This document shows, one piece after another, positions 1 to 13,020 of a stretch of DNA of 64,000 nt. The DNA is taken from assembly GCA_950097015.1 (NCBI GenBank), contig CATNEN010000039.1:11284001-11348000 (forward strand), read 5' to 3'. This stretch comes from Macrostomum hystrix (Eukaryota > Animalia > Platyhelminthes). A model generated the notes under the pieces. That model made no database searches, was not told the origin of the DNA, and worked only from the letters and a program-made list of their open reading frames with translations. How positions within the stretch are numbered: the first letter of the stretch is position 1; each line of letters starts with the position of its first letter. The position numbers and the translations under genes are program-made.

Positions 1-2038
1 CTCGCAACGACGGGATATATGTAGAGCGCCTCGAATGGACTGTACAGTCTCCGTCTAACGGGCTTCCCCGCAATTTCATTGGCCCCCCAGAGTGACACAG
101 TGAGAGACGGATGGGGCAGTGGGGAAGGCTTTTATCTGAGGGGGGCGTGACACACCGAGAAAAACCGGATAGAACCGGGTGGGGGTTTCCCTCTCAGACG
201 ATCTCCAACCCTTTCATCCAATCCCCTAGTTTTCTTTCGCTTTTTTGCTCAGCCTAGATCTCCACACGCTTGCAGCTCTTCCTACGTGGGCCCATAGGAC
301 TTGCTGCACTGTGACCCAGCGTACAGCCTGTAGAATGCGTAATCGTTGGAGAGGCCCAACTGAAACGTTGGGGGGAAGAAAGATGAATATACGAGAAGAC
401 CAGCATGTACAGTACCGTGAAATTGGTTGCCCACCCTAAGGAGGGAGGAAGAACACGCGCACAATGTGCCAGACTAAATAATGGAGGGCATTCCCTCGAC
501 CTTGCTGCTGCTCACCCGCCCACACACAACACAAATAAAATGACGAAACTGCATTTTATTCTGGCATGGACAGGCAGACTGTGAAACAGGAGGCCACAAT
601 GAAGGTAAATTTGTTCCCTTCAAATTAAAAAAGGAATTAACGTGGCACAAAGGCGGGATTGCTATAGAAAGGTGAAAACCATTGAGGGTCATAACATGTA
701 GCGATAACAAACAAAAAAACGATTCAGAAGAAATCCGGTTTAGTATTGAAATCCGGTTTTGGACTTTTTTGGAAATCGGTGGGTAGTAGACAAGAGACAG
801 ACATAAATGCAAATTTATGATAATAAAATAAGCACGTACATTTCGTCTTTTTGTTTTCGATTCACCGCAATCGTGATATACCCCATTCTACCTTTCGGAC
901 GATAGCTACATTTCAAGGCTCCAGTGCAACCAAGCAAAGAAGCACTTGTAAAAGGAACCAGAGGGTTTAATTTCTCAAGCAACTCGCACTGGATTCGATA
1001 TATATGCAGGTAGCCGACAGAAAAAGAGGAGAAATTCAAGAAACATAAATATCTTGGTTGGTTTTCACCGAAAGATTAAAGCCCCACAATTAGGCGAGTA
1101 AAAAGGACGGCTTAGATCCCTCTCCCCACACCCACTGTATTTTGAGCTCATCAACAGCGTTCTTCCTATCCTTCTTCCACCCGATCCCTAAAAACGCCCT
1201 CCCAGAGTTTCTATCCAAAGACGATCACAAAGTCGACTGTCGCTCGCGTGCGAGTATCGTAAACAGGGGCTGATCTATTTTTAGCCTGTTCAATCTACTT
1301 GATAGAGAGGGAGAAAGGGGACAAAGTCCATGGGGAGTCTAGCTGGGGGCAGGGGAATGTCATACTTTCATCTTGCTTTTTGCTTTACTCCAGTCTAGTA
1401 CACATGGGAATCTGGGATAAAACTCTCCGCACATCCCCATTTATGCTTTGGTCAGAAGAAGGGTCTCTCCTGGTGCGCACGCGAGAGAGAAGAGCTTATA
1501 ATGAAAGCTTTACTTCCTGCAGTGAATGAAGCGTTCAGATTGAAAGACGGTCTACAACCAGAGCCTATTCGGTAGCAATCGTACTCTTGTCCAGCCATCA
1601 GAGGCAATCAACTCGCTTCTTGAGCTGGACGGCTTTTTGAAAACCTTTTCGAACAATTTATAAGTTTTTAACAAAAAAATTAATTTTAGAACTAAATTAG
1701 GACTGTATATACCTTTTTGCGTACTAGTTGACGAAAAGTTATAATTTTAGACTGTCGACTTTTCGACGTAGTAGCAATCAATTTAAACAAAACTTCAACC
1801 AATTCGGATAAACCATTGAGATCAATACATAAAATCTATAGATGCCATACAAAGATGTCCAAGGCTAAACAGTACATATTTCAATCCCGAAAGTTTCTAC
1901 CATAGACTATGAAAAGAGCGTGGTCATTTTAACTTGCACTCCTCTAAACGTCTGACCTTGATCTCAGACAGCAAAAAACAAATTTAACTACGATTTTGTA
2001 TCAATATTTATTGATTGGTAGTACGCTGTTTAGCATGA

Positions 2039-2360
2039 TTAATAATAATAATTGCGAGAGGGCTGCGGACAATGGCAAATCATTTGGTGACACTAGACAC
2101 GCAGCCAGCGAGGAGGCAATTCTGCCCATTTTGCTGATTCCTGAGCACACAGTGAGCAGGCATCTGCCCCTGAATTTTTTATCGTCAAGTGGTGTACACT
2201 CTCACTGTGCCTTGGAGGTTGACCCTAAAGGGCGAAAATTGCAAGACAAGCCCTCAAGCTTTCGCTCAGCGGCTGCGCCCCAAATGAATGTGGCCTCGCC
2301 GCGGAATCGAGCTCAGGGACAAATGTGTGAGAGGCAAACGTGCTAGACCGCTCTGCCACA
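2039..2360 (-). mobile_element. tRNA-derived SINE family A
   Basis: Minus strand has A-box TGGCAGAGCGG, B-box-like GCTCGATTC and an (ATT)n tail; homologous to the copies at 6567, 7640, 13960 and 42235. Confidence 0.75.
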
Positions 2361-5300
2361 GACCCCAGAACGCAGTAAAACGAATGTATCAAAAATGAGG
2401 CCAAATAAACAGTCAACTGTGGCGCTTGATATCTCAACTGGAAAGTTTATTACTTGCAGTTTCAAGTTCAAATATGATTCCTAAATTTTATGTAATCTAA
2501 TTTTAAATGAAGGGAATATAGGACGAATCAAAACCAAACGAACCAAGGCCGACTTCATCTCACAGATTTATTATTTTCCATTTCTTTTCTAAACTCATTA
2601 TCCGATTCCATTAAAGGCGTAATAATAATATACTAATGCTGCTCCAGTCTCGCTGCATCCAATTAATCTGATTGATTGGGCCAGCGTCCGATGCCAGGAC
2701 GGCTCAATGTGTGAGCTTGCACGAAATAGAGTCGACTTTGAGCGCCATCTAGCCAGCAGTCAAGCGAAGAAAATGGATTTGAAAAAATATAATGGAGCGC
2801 TCTTTATGCCAATTTTAGTCCACACAGACATTTAAAACAAACAAAACTTAAGAGAAAGGAAGCGACATAGAAGCAAATAAATTTAGGTACTAGCATTTAT
2901 ACAATTATATATTTAGACTATTATCTCAAAGGAATTTGACTGCATTTGCTTGATTTTCTAGCAAAGATGTCTATATGTATGAGCACAAGCTGAAAAAGCT
3001 TTTAGAGATATGCATTCAGTTAAAGTATACAGCATAACAGTCTTCAGCGAAATGTTGCTACTAAAGGTAGGAAGATAAGAAAACCTTCAAAAAAGCACAA
3101 AAACAGGCAAATTTTTTTTTTAGAATTTTAGAATTTAGAATTTTCTTAATTTTAACGAAAATCTGCAATAGTTTCTATGCATCAAGCATAGAAAACACAA
3201 ATTCATTTTATGACTAAGTGCCATTTTAACTGCTATAAATATTAGGATATACAAGTCAATACAAATTTTTGAATGGTACTAAGCGAATAATCAAATTAGG
3301 TCTATTAGTCATTGGCAATTAAAACCTCAGGTTTTAAGGGCTAAAAAGCACAAGATTTAAGTTTTTATTAATACTTGGAAGAATATAAATATTTACCCAA
3401 TATCCTAGAATATTGCATATAAATTGTACAAATTAAACTTAAATGTATATATTCTTGCCTTTAAATTTCATTTTATTACAATGTTATATTGCTAAAAAGT
3501 GAATATACAGTTAAAGAAAGGAGATATGTATACAATATAAACATTTGTTAGCAAAAAAATGCAGACAACAAAAAAAGCTGCAGAAGTTTCACATTAAGCT
3601 TTACACTGTCTGCCACTAAAAATTCACTTAAAAGATTCTACTCTCATAACACAAAATAAATTTAGTAGGAATGTTTGTTTCCAGTTTATAATTTTTATTT
3701 ACATACCAATTCTTGTCTACTAGCTAAATAAAAAAAGCTCTTTTTGTAATGTTTAGCATTTCTGCTCATGGCAATAAGTTAAATCAAATTAACATAGATT
3801 TATTACCACAGCATTTTGTACTAAAAGTACAATGTGCCTCTTCAGTTTTATTAAAAACTATTTTGTTTAGGTCTTGTTGTAATATTTTCATTTTTAGTAT
3901 ATTAGATGTGTTTTTATTGATAATCTAATTTACTTATATATTTTTTCTTTTAGTGCTTTTTGCAAAACAAGCAACCTTACCAGATCTTTGTTATTTGCAT
4001 TAGGCACTCTCTACTTATCATATCTAGTCCTATGCTTTTGAAACAAGAATACAAATTTTAATCATTTGTTATTCCTCATTTAAAAAATTTAATACATGCA
4101 AATATTCTAATTTGTTTAACTATACAATTTTTTAAATATTACTCTATGTTCTCTGCCATTCTAAAAAACCACTGATTTAAACAAAAAATTACTGTGTAAC
4201 ATTTTTGTGATTTTATGTGGAAAAAAAGAGTGCCCATGTCAAGGTGGCAAATGGCAATTTAATAAAGCTGCTACTAAGCAACAAGCTCAAAAACATAAGA
4301 GAATTAGGGCCTAGATTGTTCCATGGACTATAGAGAAGACCATACAATATACCAACCCATATTTGTACTCCAGCTAACTTTGATACCACTTCTAGAGCTA
4401 AAGCAATAAAAATTAGGCATTCAAACACATGCAATTTTTGTGGCCTAGCTACAGTTTAATTTCTAACCAGTTTTTTAATGCAAAGCTCTAACCACTGGGC
4501 AGTAGCTACAGCCTACAAGTTCCTTTTTTGTGATTAAGAATTTGTATTTAAGAATAGTATAATATAATAATATAATAATAATAAACTTAATATAGTACTA
4601 GAGCTAGTACTCTCCTTTGTCTTCCGAGCAATACCTACAATAATTTTTACCCCATGTAGATATGGGTGCATGTAATGATACCACAATACCTAAAGATGAC
4701 TGTTTGTACCATGATCACTGAAAGCTTACACATTTCTAACGTTTACTATGCATTAGTTTAGACATAAAATATGTCATAAGAAATCTCGACGCACGACACT
4801 ATTTAAAAAAAAATAGATTGACTTTAATAATCAAGTCATGAAAGCTATGAATTTGTGCCATAACTGCTATGACATAAGATAAAATACTTTACACATCAAG
4901 CACGATAAAGAAAATTAAGAAAGATAGTGATGATATTTTTAGAGAAAGAAAATAATGTGACTTTAGCATGTTCTGAAGACTGTAGTGTAGTCCATTGCGA
5001 TGTCGATGTTGTACATTTTCGAAACCACGTGAGACAAACTTTGCGCTAGTTTGAAACGGCAAATGTGTACTAACTTAAAGTGTTTAAAAATGCTTTCAAG
5101 ACTTATTTAGTTGGAATCACAGTTCCTGCAAATAATTTTTTGTATCTAGTTCCTAAATTTCTTGGCTTAAAGATATGCTAATGTTCACTTTGTTTTAATA
5201 TTCTAAAAGGCAAACTCGTAAACTTGTAAAACGAGAAATCAGTAGATGACTAAAAGAAGTCATTATTGGCGGGAAAAATTTCAAGCATTTAATATTTGCT

Positions 5301-5956
5301 AATCTGCGTTTATATGTGTTAAAAAGTCAAGCCTGTTTTACGCTACTGTTGCTAAAAATATTATTTCGATCGTATATATGGTTAAAGCATTTAACATTCG
5401 AAAAAAGGAACAAAATAGTGTATGTCTGTTTTCAAGCCCATTGAGCTAGTTTTTGATAGTTCGGAAGGTTTAATGTATAAAATGCATTAATACAATTTTA
5501 CACCCGGGGCCAATTTTACGAAGCTTGGTTAAAACCGGTTCTCTGATGCACACTCAACATATTAGTTGTCGAGCTTAGGGTCTACTCATCCCAATTCCTC
5601 AAGGTCTGATGCAAGTACCACTAGTAATGCTTCGTTAGCCTATAGTCTAGAATTCCTTTATTCAATACAATGGACTTGTGTAAATTCGTTCAGTATTATT
5701 AATTTTACCAACATCGAAACTGTTTTAAGTATAAAGTTATACACTTTTAAACACATTGAAATTAGCTGCTAAATATGGCATATAGGTTGTTTTGTTTGCA
5801 AAAATGAGCACTTTAAAATGTTCTGCAATTTTTAATAACCCCCATTTAGTATATATAGGTTAATTTTTTGTGCGCTTTTTTGTCTCGATGAGTGCGATTT
5901 TAAAGCACTTTATACAGACACGATTGAATAAACAAAAAACAATTTTTTATTATTGG

Positions 5957-8900
5957 TCATCCAGTCCTGCCAGTCACGTGATCGGTCTGGTACTCCAACC
6001 GAACCCGCCGCTCCTCCTCCTCCCGCTTGACCTGGTTGACTCCCTGACCGTGGAAGTAAAACGGAGAGCGTGGACTCAGACTGCGGCCCAGGACGATGTC
6101 GCAGAACTCGCGGAAGCTAACAGCGCCATCTCTGTCGACGTCCGCCTCCTTCATGACGAACTCAATCTCGCCATCCGTCGGGTTCTCGCCCATGAGTTCG
6201 AGTGCGACTCTCACCTCCGCCGAGTCGAGGAAGCCGTTTTTGTCTCTGTCAAACAGGTCGAAGGCGGATTTCAACTCGAGCAGCTCGCGAGTGTCTCGAG
6301 CTCCGTCGCTAAGGAAACCAGACGGTCCCGAATTCGGAGACGACGAGGAATCAGCCCTGAATCTTGAGCTGTTCATCATCAGAGTGAACTCGGTTAGGCT
6401 TAGAGCGCCTTTTTCGTCCTTGTCCCATTCGTGCACCAGGTCCTGCGTGATTAAAGCGGGCAGTGGCGGACAGCCCGTGATTGAAAAAACCATTGCTCCT
6501 TTTTTGAACATTTTGCCGCTATTTTTAGAGTTAATAATTTATTTGATATTAGAGGGCTGTGTTCACATTTGGTGACGGTCGACCCGCAACCAGCGAGAGG
6601 CAGTTATGCTGCCCATTCCACTGAATGCTGAGCACACACACACTGACATTCACACGCCTCCCAGCGGAATCGAGCTCAAATACCTTGCTGCCAGAAGTAA
6701 ACGTGTTCGCCGCTTTTTGCCCACACTCCCCACAAGAAAGCATTTTAAGTCTTATAATTGAATTATATTTTTTAATTTATAAATCTAGTTTTTCTCTATA
6801 CCTGAAATTTTATGTTTTAGGTGCTTTGAGCCATAAGGCCACAAACCACTAGTAAATCGTCCTGCTTTCACAGGCTAATGCTTTTGTTAGTCTTTCTTGC
6901 GCTATTGGCTCACCACAGACGTAGATAATTGTCTCCCAAAACATACTACCGTGCCAGGAAGATTTTTCCCTAAGTCCTCTTGTCAGAGCGGAGAGCGAAG
7001 ATGTCATAGAACAGAGTTACATGTGACCCCCTTATGTTCTCAGTACAAGTGCCATCTCTCAGGGTGAAGTGTTGCAAATTGAACCTATCGAAATTAGGCA
7101 CTTACGAGCTGCATAGAAAGCGCTGCAGGAACCATAGACCTGTCAATGCGATACAATGTACTTTAGTACTTGCTAAATTCTAAAAACTGTTATGCTGTGC
7201 TTCTGAACCGGTTCTTTGTAGTAATGAACAACATTTTTTGACTTATTAACTCCAATCCCCACAGTACTCTCACATCTAACTCTACTTGCAAGCGGGGCAC
7301 GTTGCCTCTCCCTTTGCGGAACATTTGAGTACTTTTTGGAAGCTAGACTTATGGAAGTAAGTTTCATGCTATTATTTGTGATCATTTGTGAAAGTGTGAA
7401 AGTCCTAATTTGGCAGATTATAAATTTAGCCGGGTTCGTAGATTCCATTGTCTTCATTCAAAAGGGGAACACCTCTTAATTAGATTGACTTTCTTGGAAA
7501 TACTTACCCCCTCATTGTTAGTTGAAGGACAACTTAACTAATTAACTACTTACGAATACGTAACTATTTCCTAGTGGTCCTTCTAGAAGGGACCCAGCCG
7601 CGGAGAAAAAGTCAACCCCACGAGACACAATATCATAATTACAATGATTGCAGGAGGGCTGCAGGCAATGGGACAAGATTTGGTGACACTGGACCCGCAG
7701 CCAGCGAGAAGACGATTCTGCCCATTTCGCTGACTCCTAAGAACACACTCACACAGATACTGCACACATGCACAACCTCCGACAGGTGTATAAATCTGCT
7801 CTGACTTTCTCATCGCCAGACCTTCACTGTGCCCTGGAGGTTTTGGCCCTCAAGGGCGTAAATCGCGGCCTAACCGCTCTGCCACTTGCCCTCCACGAGA
7901 TACAGATGTTGTGAGCTGCGTCTACGAGCCCAATCAGGTCTCTCGCCAAGGAGACTTCCGATTGGCTAGCCTTCCTCCTTTGCTCTCTCTCTCTCTCTCG
8001 GCTCTCGGCCCTGTCAGTTTTGCCCCCACCCCCAGCCCTGCGTGGCTTAGCCTCCCCCAGCCCTGCGTGCCTTAACCCCACCCCCAGCCCTGCGTGGCTC
8101 CGCACTGCCCCGTCCAGCCCTACGCTCTCGCCCCCACCCCACGCTGTTATTTATTCGCGCGCGCTGCCCGTGGCCAGCTCTCCCGCGCCGCTCCGCCCGA
8201 GTACTGCCTTGAGAACGCTATCTTGAGTTAGAGCAATAACTTAAATAGGAGGTTAGGTTCGAACGGTTGCTATAGAATAAATTACGCAGCCTGAGACACT
8301 TCGATTGATATGAGTGCAGCGTTTTGATCCCTCCCTGTTAGAAAAGCTTTAACGAGTTATTTATTTATCCGTGCTCCAAACTTGTTCATCTGCCCGACAT
8401 CTGCTACTTCCCAAGCTCATCATCATCTTTCTCCTCCAGATTTTTCTCTCGAGTCTGCGAAGCGTCGGTACGCCTCCAGACCGTCAGCCACCTCTCTCTG
8501 GGGCTGTCGAGTGGCTACCTGCTCGCAGTCAAATCACTCGCGCATCCTTCTGTGCCGGGCATAGCGAGTGTCTATACGCTCCAAGCCCATTCCGTTTCCG
8601 CTCGGAGTGTCTGAACGCCTCGAGGGTCGCCGCTTCCCATCCCTCATCCCCGGCAAGCTCTGGGCAGTCTGTACCCGAACCCCGGCTACCACGCCTGCGA
8701 ACCGCCGACGGTAGCGGCAACTACAACATTGGTAGCAACATTCTACAACACAGACAATAGTTTGTGTATTAAATATTAACTAATTGCCAACAAACAATCA
8801 ATCAATTTATGATTGATTAATGTTATATATTACTATGTTTACCTCGACCTCGCTCTGAGTGACATTGTATCCAAGGCTGCGCATCTTGCTGCCCAGCTCG

Positions 8901-9175
8901 TCGCACGACACCACGCCGTCCAGGTTGGCGTCGAACATGCGAAAGACCTCGCACCACTGGCTGGTGAAGTCGGCCACGGTGAGACTGGCCGACCGCGACA
9001 TCGGCTTGTAGCGGGCGCGCAACCCGGTCGGGCTGCTGGGTCGTCGGCTGAGACGGCGCAACTGCACTCGGCTCAGGACTGGCTTGACCTCCGGCACTTC
9101 GTCAACCTCGCTGTCCTCGTTGCTCTCGCCAGCGTTGTTGGTGCCATCGTTGGACCCAGCTGACTTGACGCTCAT
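5957..9175 (-). CDS. Calmodulin-like 4-EF-hand protein, 2 exons: complement(join(5957..6442,8843..9175)), about 272 aa
   Basis: EF loops DANLDGVVSCDE, DKDEKGALSLTE, DRDKNGFLDSAE, DVDRDGAVSFRE. GAG|GTAAAC donor and CGCAG|GAC acceptor join in phase 0 (QSEVE|DLVHEWD). Has N- and C-terminal extensions. Confidence 0.85.
6567..6685 (-). mobile_element. SINE family A fragment
   Basis: Shared motifs TTTGGTGAC, CCAGCGAG, TGCCCATT, GCGGAATCGAGCTCA. Confidence 0.55.
7640..7885 (-). mobile_element. SINE family A (internal deletion)
   Basis: TTTGGTGACACTGGACCCGCAGCCAGCGAG...CACTGTGCC...AAGGGCGTAAA...ACCGCTCTGCCAC. Confidence 0.7.
7907..8750 (+). mobile_element. Internally deleted LTR retroelement: LTR, PBS and last 8 nt of the 3' LTR
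   Basis: TGTTGT (7907) ... ACAACA (8728) inverted termini, then T-TGGTAGCA (matches the initiator tRNA-Met 3' end), a second CTACAACA ending at 8750, and a CAGA target-site duplication at 7903-7906 and 8751-8754. Confidence 0.75.
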
Positions 9176-10430
9176 GAAGCGCTGTGATGAGTCTAGTTCA
9201 ATGGAAACAATACGAGACACATCATTCGGGAAGCTTTTAGAGCAACAGAAAGGTCGATAAAGTAGTATAACTGCCATAAATTATATAAATTAACGACTGC
9301 CATTCAATTAGGCTGTTGGTTCTGTATCTATGGAATTGAACGCATAGCTGCTTCGCTACAAACCAGCTACGAGCGTAACTTTGAAAAATGCGTAAAAAGT
9401 AACGAAAAAAATATCGCGTGTTTGTCTAAAAAAGACAGGTTATCCTTAAAACTGACCTCAAACGATGAAAATACTCGAGCACAATATTTTTTTTCGTTTA
9501 CTCGCGCCTTGACTGGCTTTTTTATTAGAATTTAAATCACAGGGCAGCTAAACATTGCTACCAATTAATAGTGGATGTAATTCACAGAGGTAGAAAACTA
9601 ACTAACGCACAGTGAGGCCCTACTGATTCTCTGCTTCTTCTAATATCTGTTCGCTTATCTCTCTCCATCTCTCGCTCTCCATCTGCTCGGCTCCGTGCAG
9701 AAAGAAAATGCTTGAAAACCTGTGCTCAACAGTCTAACGCCAGTCAACGTCTGAACGCTTTTCAAATACCGTTCTCTTATTTTAAACCCCTGGGTGACAA
9801 TAAAAAATAAAACTAGCATTATTGAGCTGTAGACTAAAACTAGAGAAAGACTGAGAGTTAGCTGTCTGTGTTTTGACTATAAATTGCCATGCTCTTCGAA
9901 CGATGCAAAAAAATTACTCGGCCATGCACCGACAATGAGTGCTTCTGACTGAGCTTAAATGTTAGGACGCTATAGACTCGACTCGTCTTAACAATTATCA
10001 AATTTTACATATGTGAATGATCCATTTATTTTGAAACTATAAATATAATGTATGATAGTATAGATTCGTAAATCTAACAAACCAGGTTTTGACCAGTATC
10101 CGATCAGCCATGAATGGAAAAAAGGATATTGCAATATTCCATTTTTTCGAATACGATCTAACTTTTTATTTATGGCTTAACGTAGTAGAATCAAACGTAA
10201 TGAATTTGTAAACATCATCAGCTAGCCAGCTAATTGCTAGCGACACGAAGAAAATTTAACCAAAATAGATCAAACATCAATTCATCCATAGTGTCCTGGT
10301 GTGGTGCCAACATTAGAGTTACATAAACCTATATAGCAAACACATAAATAAGAGCTTTTGTGCAAGTTGCGTTTTTAAACGTCGAGAGAAAGTCAAAAGT
10401 CAGAGTGTGGTTTCCGAAAATCCAACAGGG

Positions 10431-11018
10431 TCAGCGAGGCGCTTCAATGCTCTTCTTCAGCATGATGACGAAATCGTCGTAGCTAACCTTGCCGCTTCCG
10501 CTGTGATCGAGCTGGCCAATCATCCGGTTGACCTTTTCGTCCGTGCCAATCTCGCCCAGCACATCCATGGTCTCCTTGAGTTCGTCGGCGCCAATGAAAC
10601 CGTCTTGGTCCTTGTCCAGGAAGCTGAAAATCGACACCAGAACGGCGTGCGTGCTTCGACGCTTCTTGGCTCGCCTCGCGCACACCAGACTGGCAAAGTC
10701 GTAGAACTCCATCGAGTGTACGTCTCGCTTGAGGTGAGCGTCAACGATTTCCTGAAGTTTCGGTGGCACGAAAAAAATTAGTAATGGATGCAATCGGGCA
10801 TACTTCATATTTAGGCCTGCAGAACTTGCCTCAACATAAGCCTCATTAATGTAGAGCTGCAGTGCATCAAAAGCTTCCTTCAGCTTGTTCACTGGAATGG
10901 AATCGTCTACTGCGAATTGTTTAAACACGTCCATACACTTTGTCAAGTCGGCCTCAGTCATTTCCACGCTGCCATCGATGCCAAGGACGCGTTTGAGCTC
11001 AGTGCTGCTTTCGCTCAT
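10431..11018 (-). CDS. Divergent calmodulin-like EF-hand protein; probable exons complement(join(10431..10751,10830..11018)), about 169 aa
   Basis: C-lobe EF loops DKDQDGFIGADE and DHSGSGKVSYDD; degenerate N-lobe. A 78-nt in-frame GC-AG intron is predicted (GAG|GCAAGT ... TACTAAT ... CTTCAG|GAA). Confidence 0.8.
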   Translation of the reverse strand: MSESSTELKRVLGIDGSVEMTEADLTKCMDVFKQFAVDDSIPVNKLKEAFDALQLYINEAYVEASSAGLNMKYARLHPLLIFFVPPKLQEIVDAHLKRDVHSMEFYDFASLVCARRAKKRRSTHAVLVSIFSFLDKDQDGFIGADELKETMDVLGEIGTDEKVNRMIGQLDHSGSGKVSYDDFVIMLKKSIEAPR

Positions 11019-13020
11019 CTTTCAGAAATTTAAGTGCTGGGTTTGAAACTTTATTGTTCCGTTTTCTCGGGCGCCTGTCTCATGGAGGTCTGTCAAGGCG
11101 GGAGCTGTTTAAGTAGCAGTGACGAGGTGATCTTCAATGCAGACACCGCGGGCTAAAAAACAGATTGTCAGTCAAATCTCGAACAAAGCCAACAATTTGC
11201 GTCACTGGTGTCGGGGGCCGCTTTCCATCAATCATCACTTGCCACTCAAGCTCGAGTTGAGTCGAGCTATGCTCGGCTTGAAGCCGCTGACGCATTGCTC
11301 TGACTGACACCTATTTTACATCTGCACAGCTAATGAAGTGTGAGAAAGGTTGTCTATGAAATTCAATCAACGCGAGAATGACTATGCTCACTAATTGTTA
11401 ATATATAACACGAATGCCAGCCAAACCCCCTAATACTCGTTTATCTGCGTTGAATCAAACTGAGATGAGAAAGTTTCTGTCGATCTTCAATGTTGAACAA
11501 GTTTTCTTTACAGAATCTTGCAAGCCTTAGGAATTTACTGCTATTAGATGTGAAACAATTATGCAATAATTTAATTATTTCAATATTACTAGACAAATGT
11601 AACAATTAAACTAGTATCATATATCTACGAGGACTTGCTCAACTACAGACTTTTGGACTAGTTGAACTATAGGGAAGACATAATTTTGAGCGAGAAAAAA
11701 ACCTTCGCAAGTTAACTGCCTTCTAATAGAGCTTATACATTGGGCCTTTACTCAAAAGTGTGTATAACACAGCTCTGACTTTCTCGTCGTCATTCCAGTG
11801 ACTGACCTTTTGAAAATGTGAAAATGTGAAAATGTGGTAAAGCTGGAAGCGATGGCTGGTCTACTTTGGATGCTTTAAATTGTATAATTGAGTTTCAGTT
11901 TTGCCATCTGTTGCTCCTAACATTTCAGGTACAAAATATATCCACGGTGAAAATTTCCCAAGGAATTGGAGGCAAAAGCATGAGCGGAAACCACCCTGAA
12001 ATTTAAATAGTCAACGATGGCAGAATGTTTTCGGCTCAATGTGCCATCCCCACCTGCAACTTCCTCACAAAGGCCCGGCAAGCTTCTGTTTGAATTAGAA
12101 GAAGTAATCCAAAGCCCACAGTCCCACGGCGCCAACTGACACGCTCTGGTGATTCAAGAGTTAAAGCTACGCTGCGAAGACCCTCGTTTTTTCAAACAGA
12201 AACATTAAGAAAGAAGCAACAGATAAGGTATTTGAGCCGTGGGATGAGGCCTCAGATGGGAAAAAACTAAAAAGGGATGAAATGCAGAAGAATAGCAGCC
12301 CAATGACATCTGGATGCGCTTGGGAGTGTTGGTGTTGTTATCGATTGATTTGCAGCAGATGCCAGCTGGTTGCGACACCTAGGAATCTATATTTTTGTTG
12401 CTACCTGCCCAGCGACTTCTATCGCATGTGTGTTGAGCACTGTTGCACGGGCGCCTTGAAACAAATATATTCTTTAACTCATTCTGGTAGCTCCGGTACG
12501 AACTGGTTGCATTGCGATGCAGTGAGTTAGGGAGCAGTTCTGCAGAACCAAGCGCTGCTAGCAGCCAATTGAGTCCGCCATGCCCCCATCAACCTCGATA
12601 CCGGCTTCAAGTCTTCCCTGGCAGCAGGTTTCTCTCTCTCGTGCTCCTCTTTCTTTATCTTTTCCTTTCAGCAGCTCCTCAGCGGCAGACAGGGGAGGTT
12701 GGGATTAGTTGTCTACCTGGTCGGCGCCTGGCAACAAGAACTGGGCAGGTGGAGCATGGCTTTTGCAATGGAGGCCAGAGAGTGGGACATAAGACGAGTC
12801 CTGGCAACCCAAGACTAACTTCCTTCCATCACAGGAGTCCCCCCGCAGTCATTCTTTTGTTACGGGGTCTTTTTATTCCCATTTCCATTCTAGGAAGGCG
12901 CATCTCGGGTCCCCAGAAAAAACTTCTTCAAATTATTGTACTCGAAATTTCATAAGCTAATCAAACCCGAGATTTAAGTCAATAACTAAAAAAACTGACC
13001 CGACCAGACAATACCAGACA

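Noticed and set aside
1-1700. Possible transposon remnant with short ORFs
   Set aside because: No termini or domains could be identified, and the window edge truncates it.
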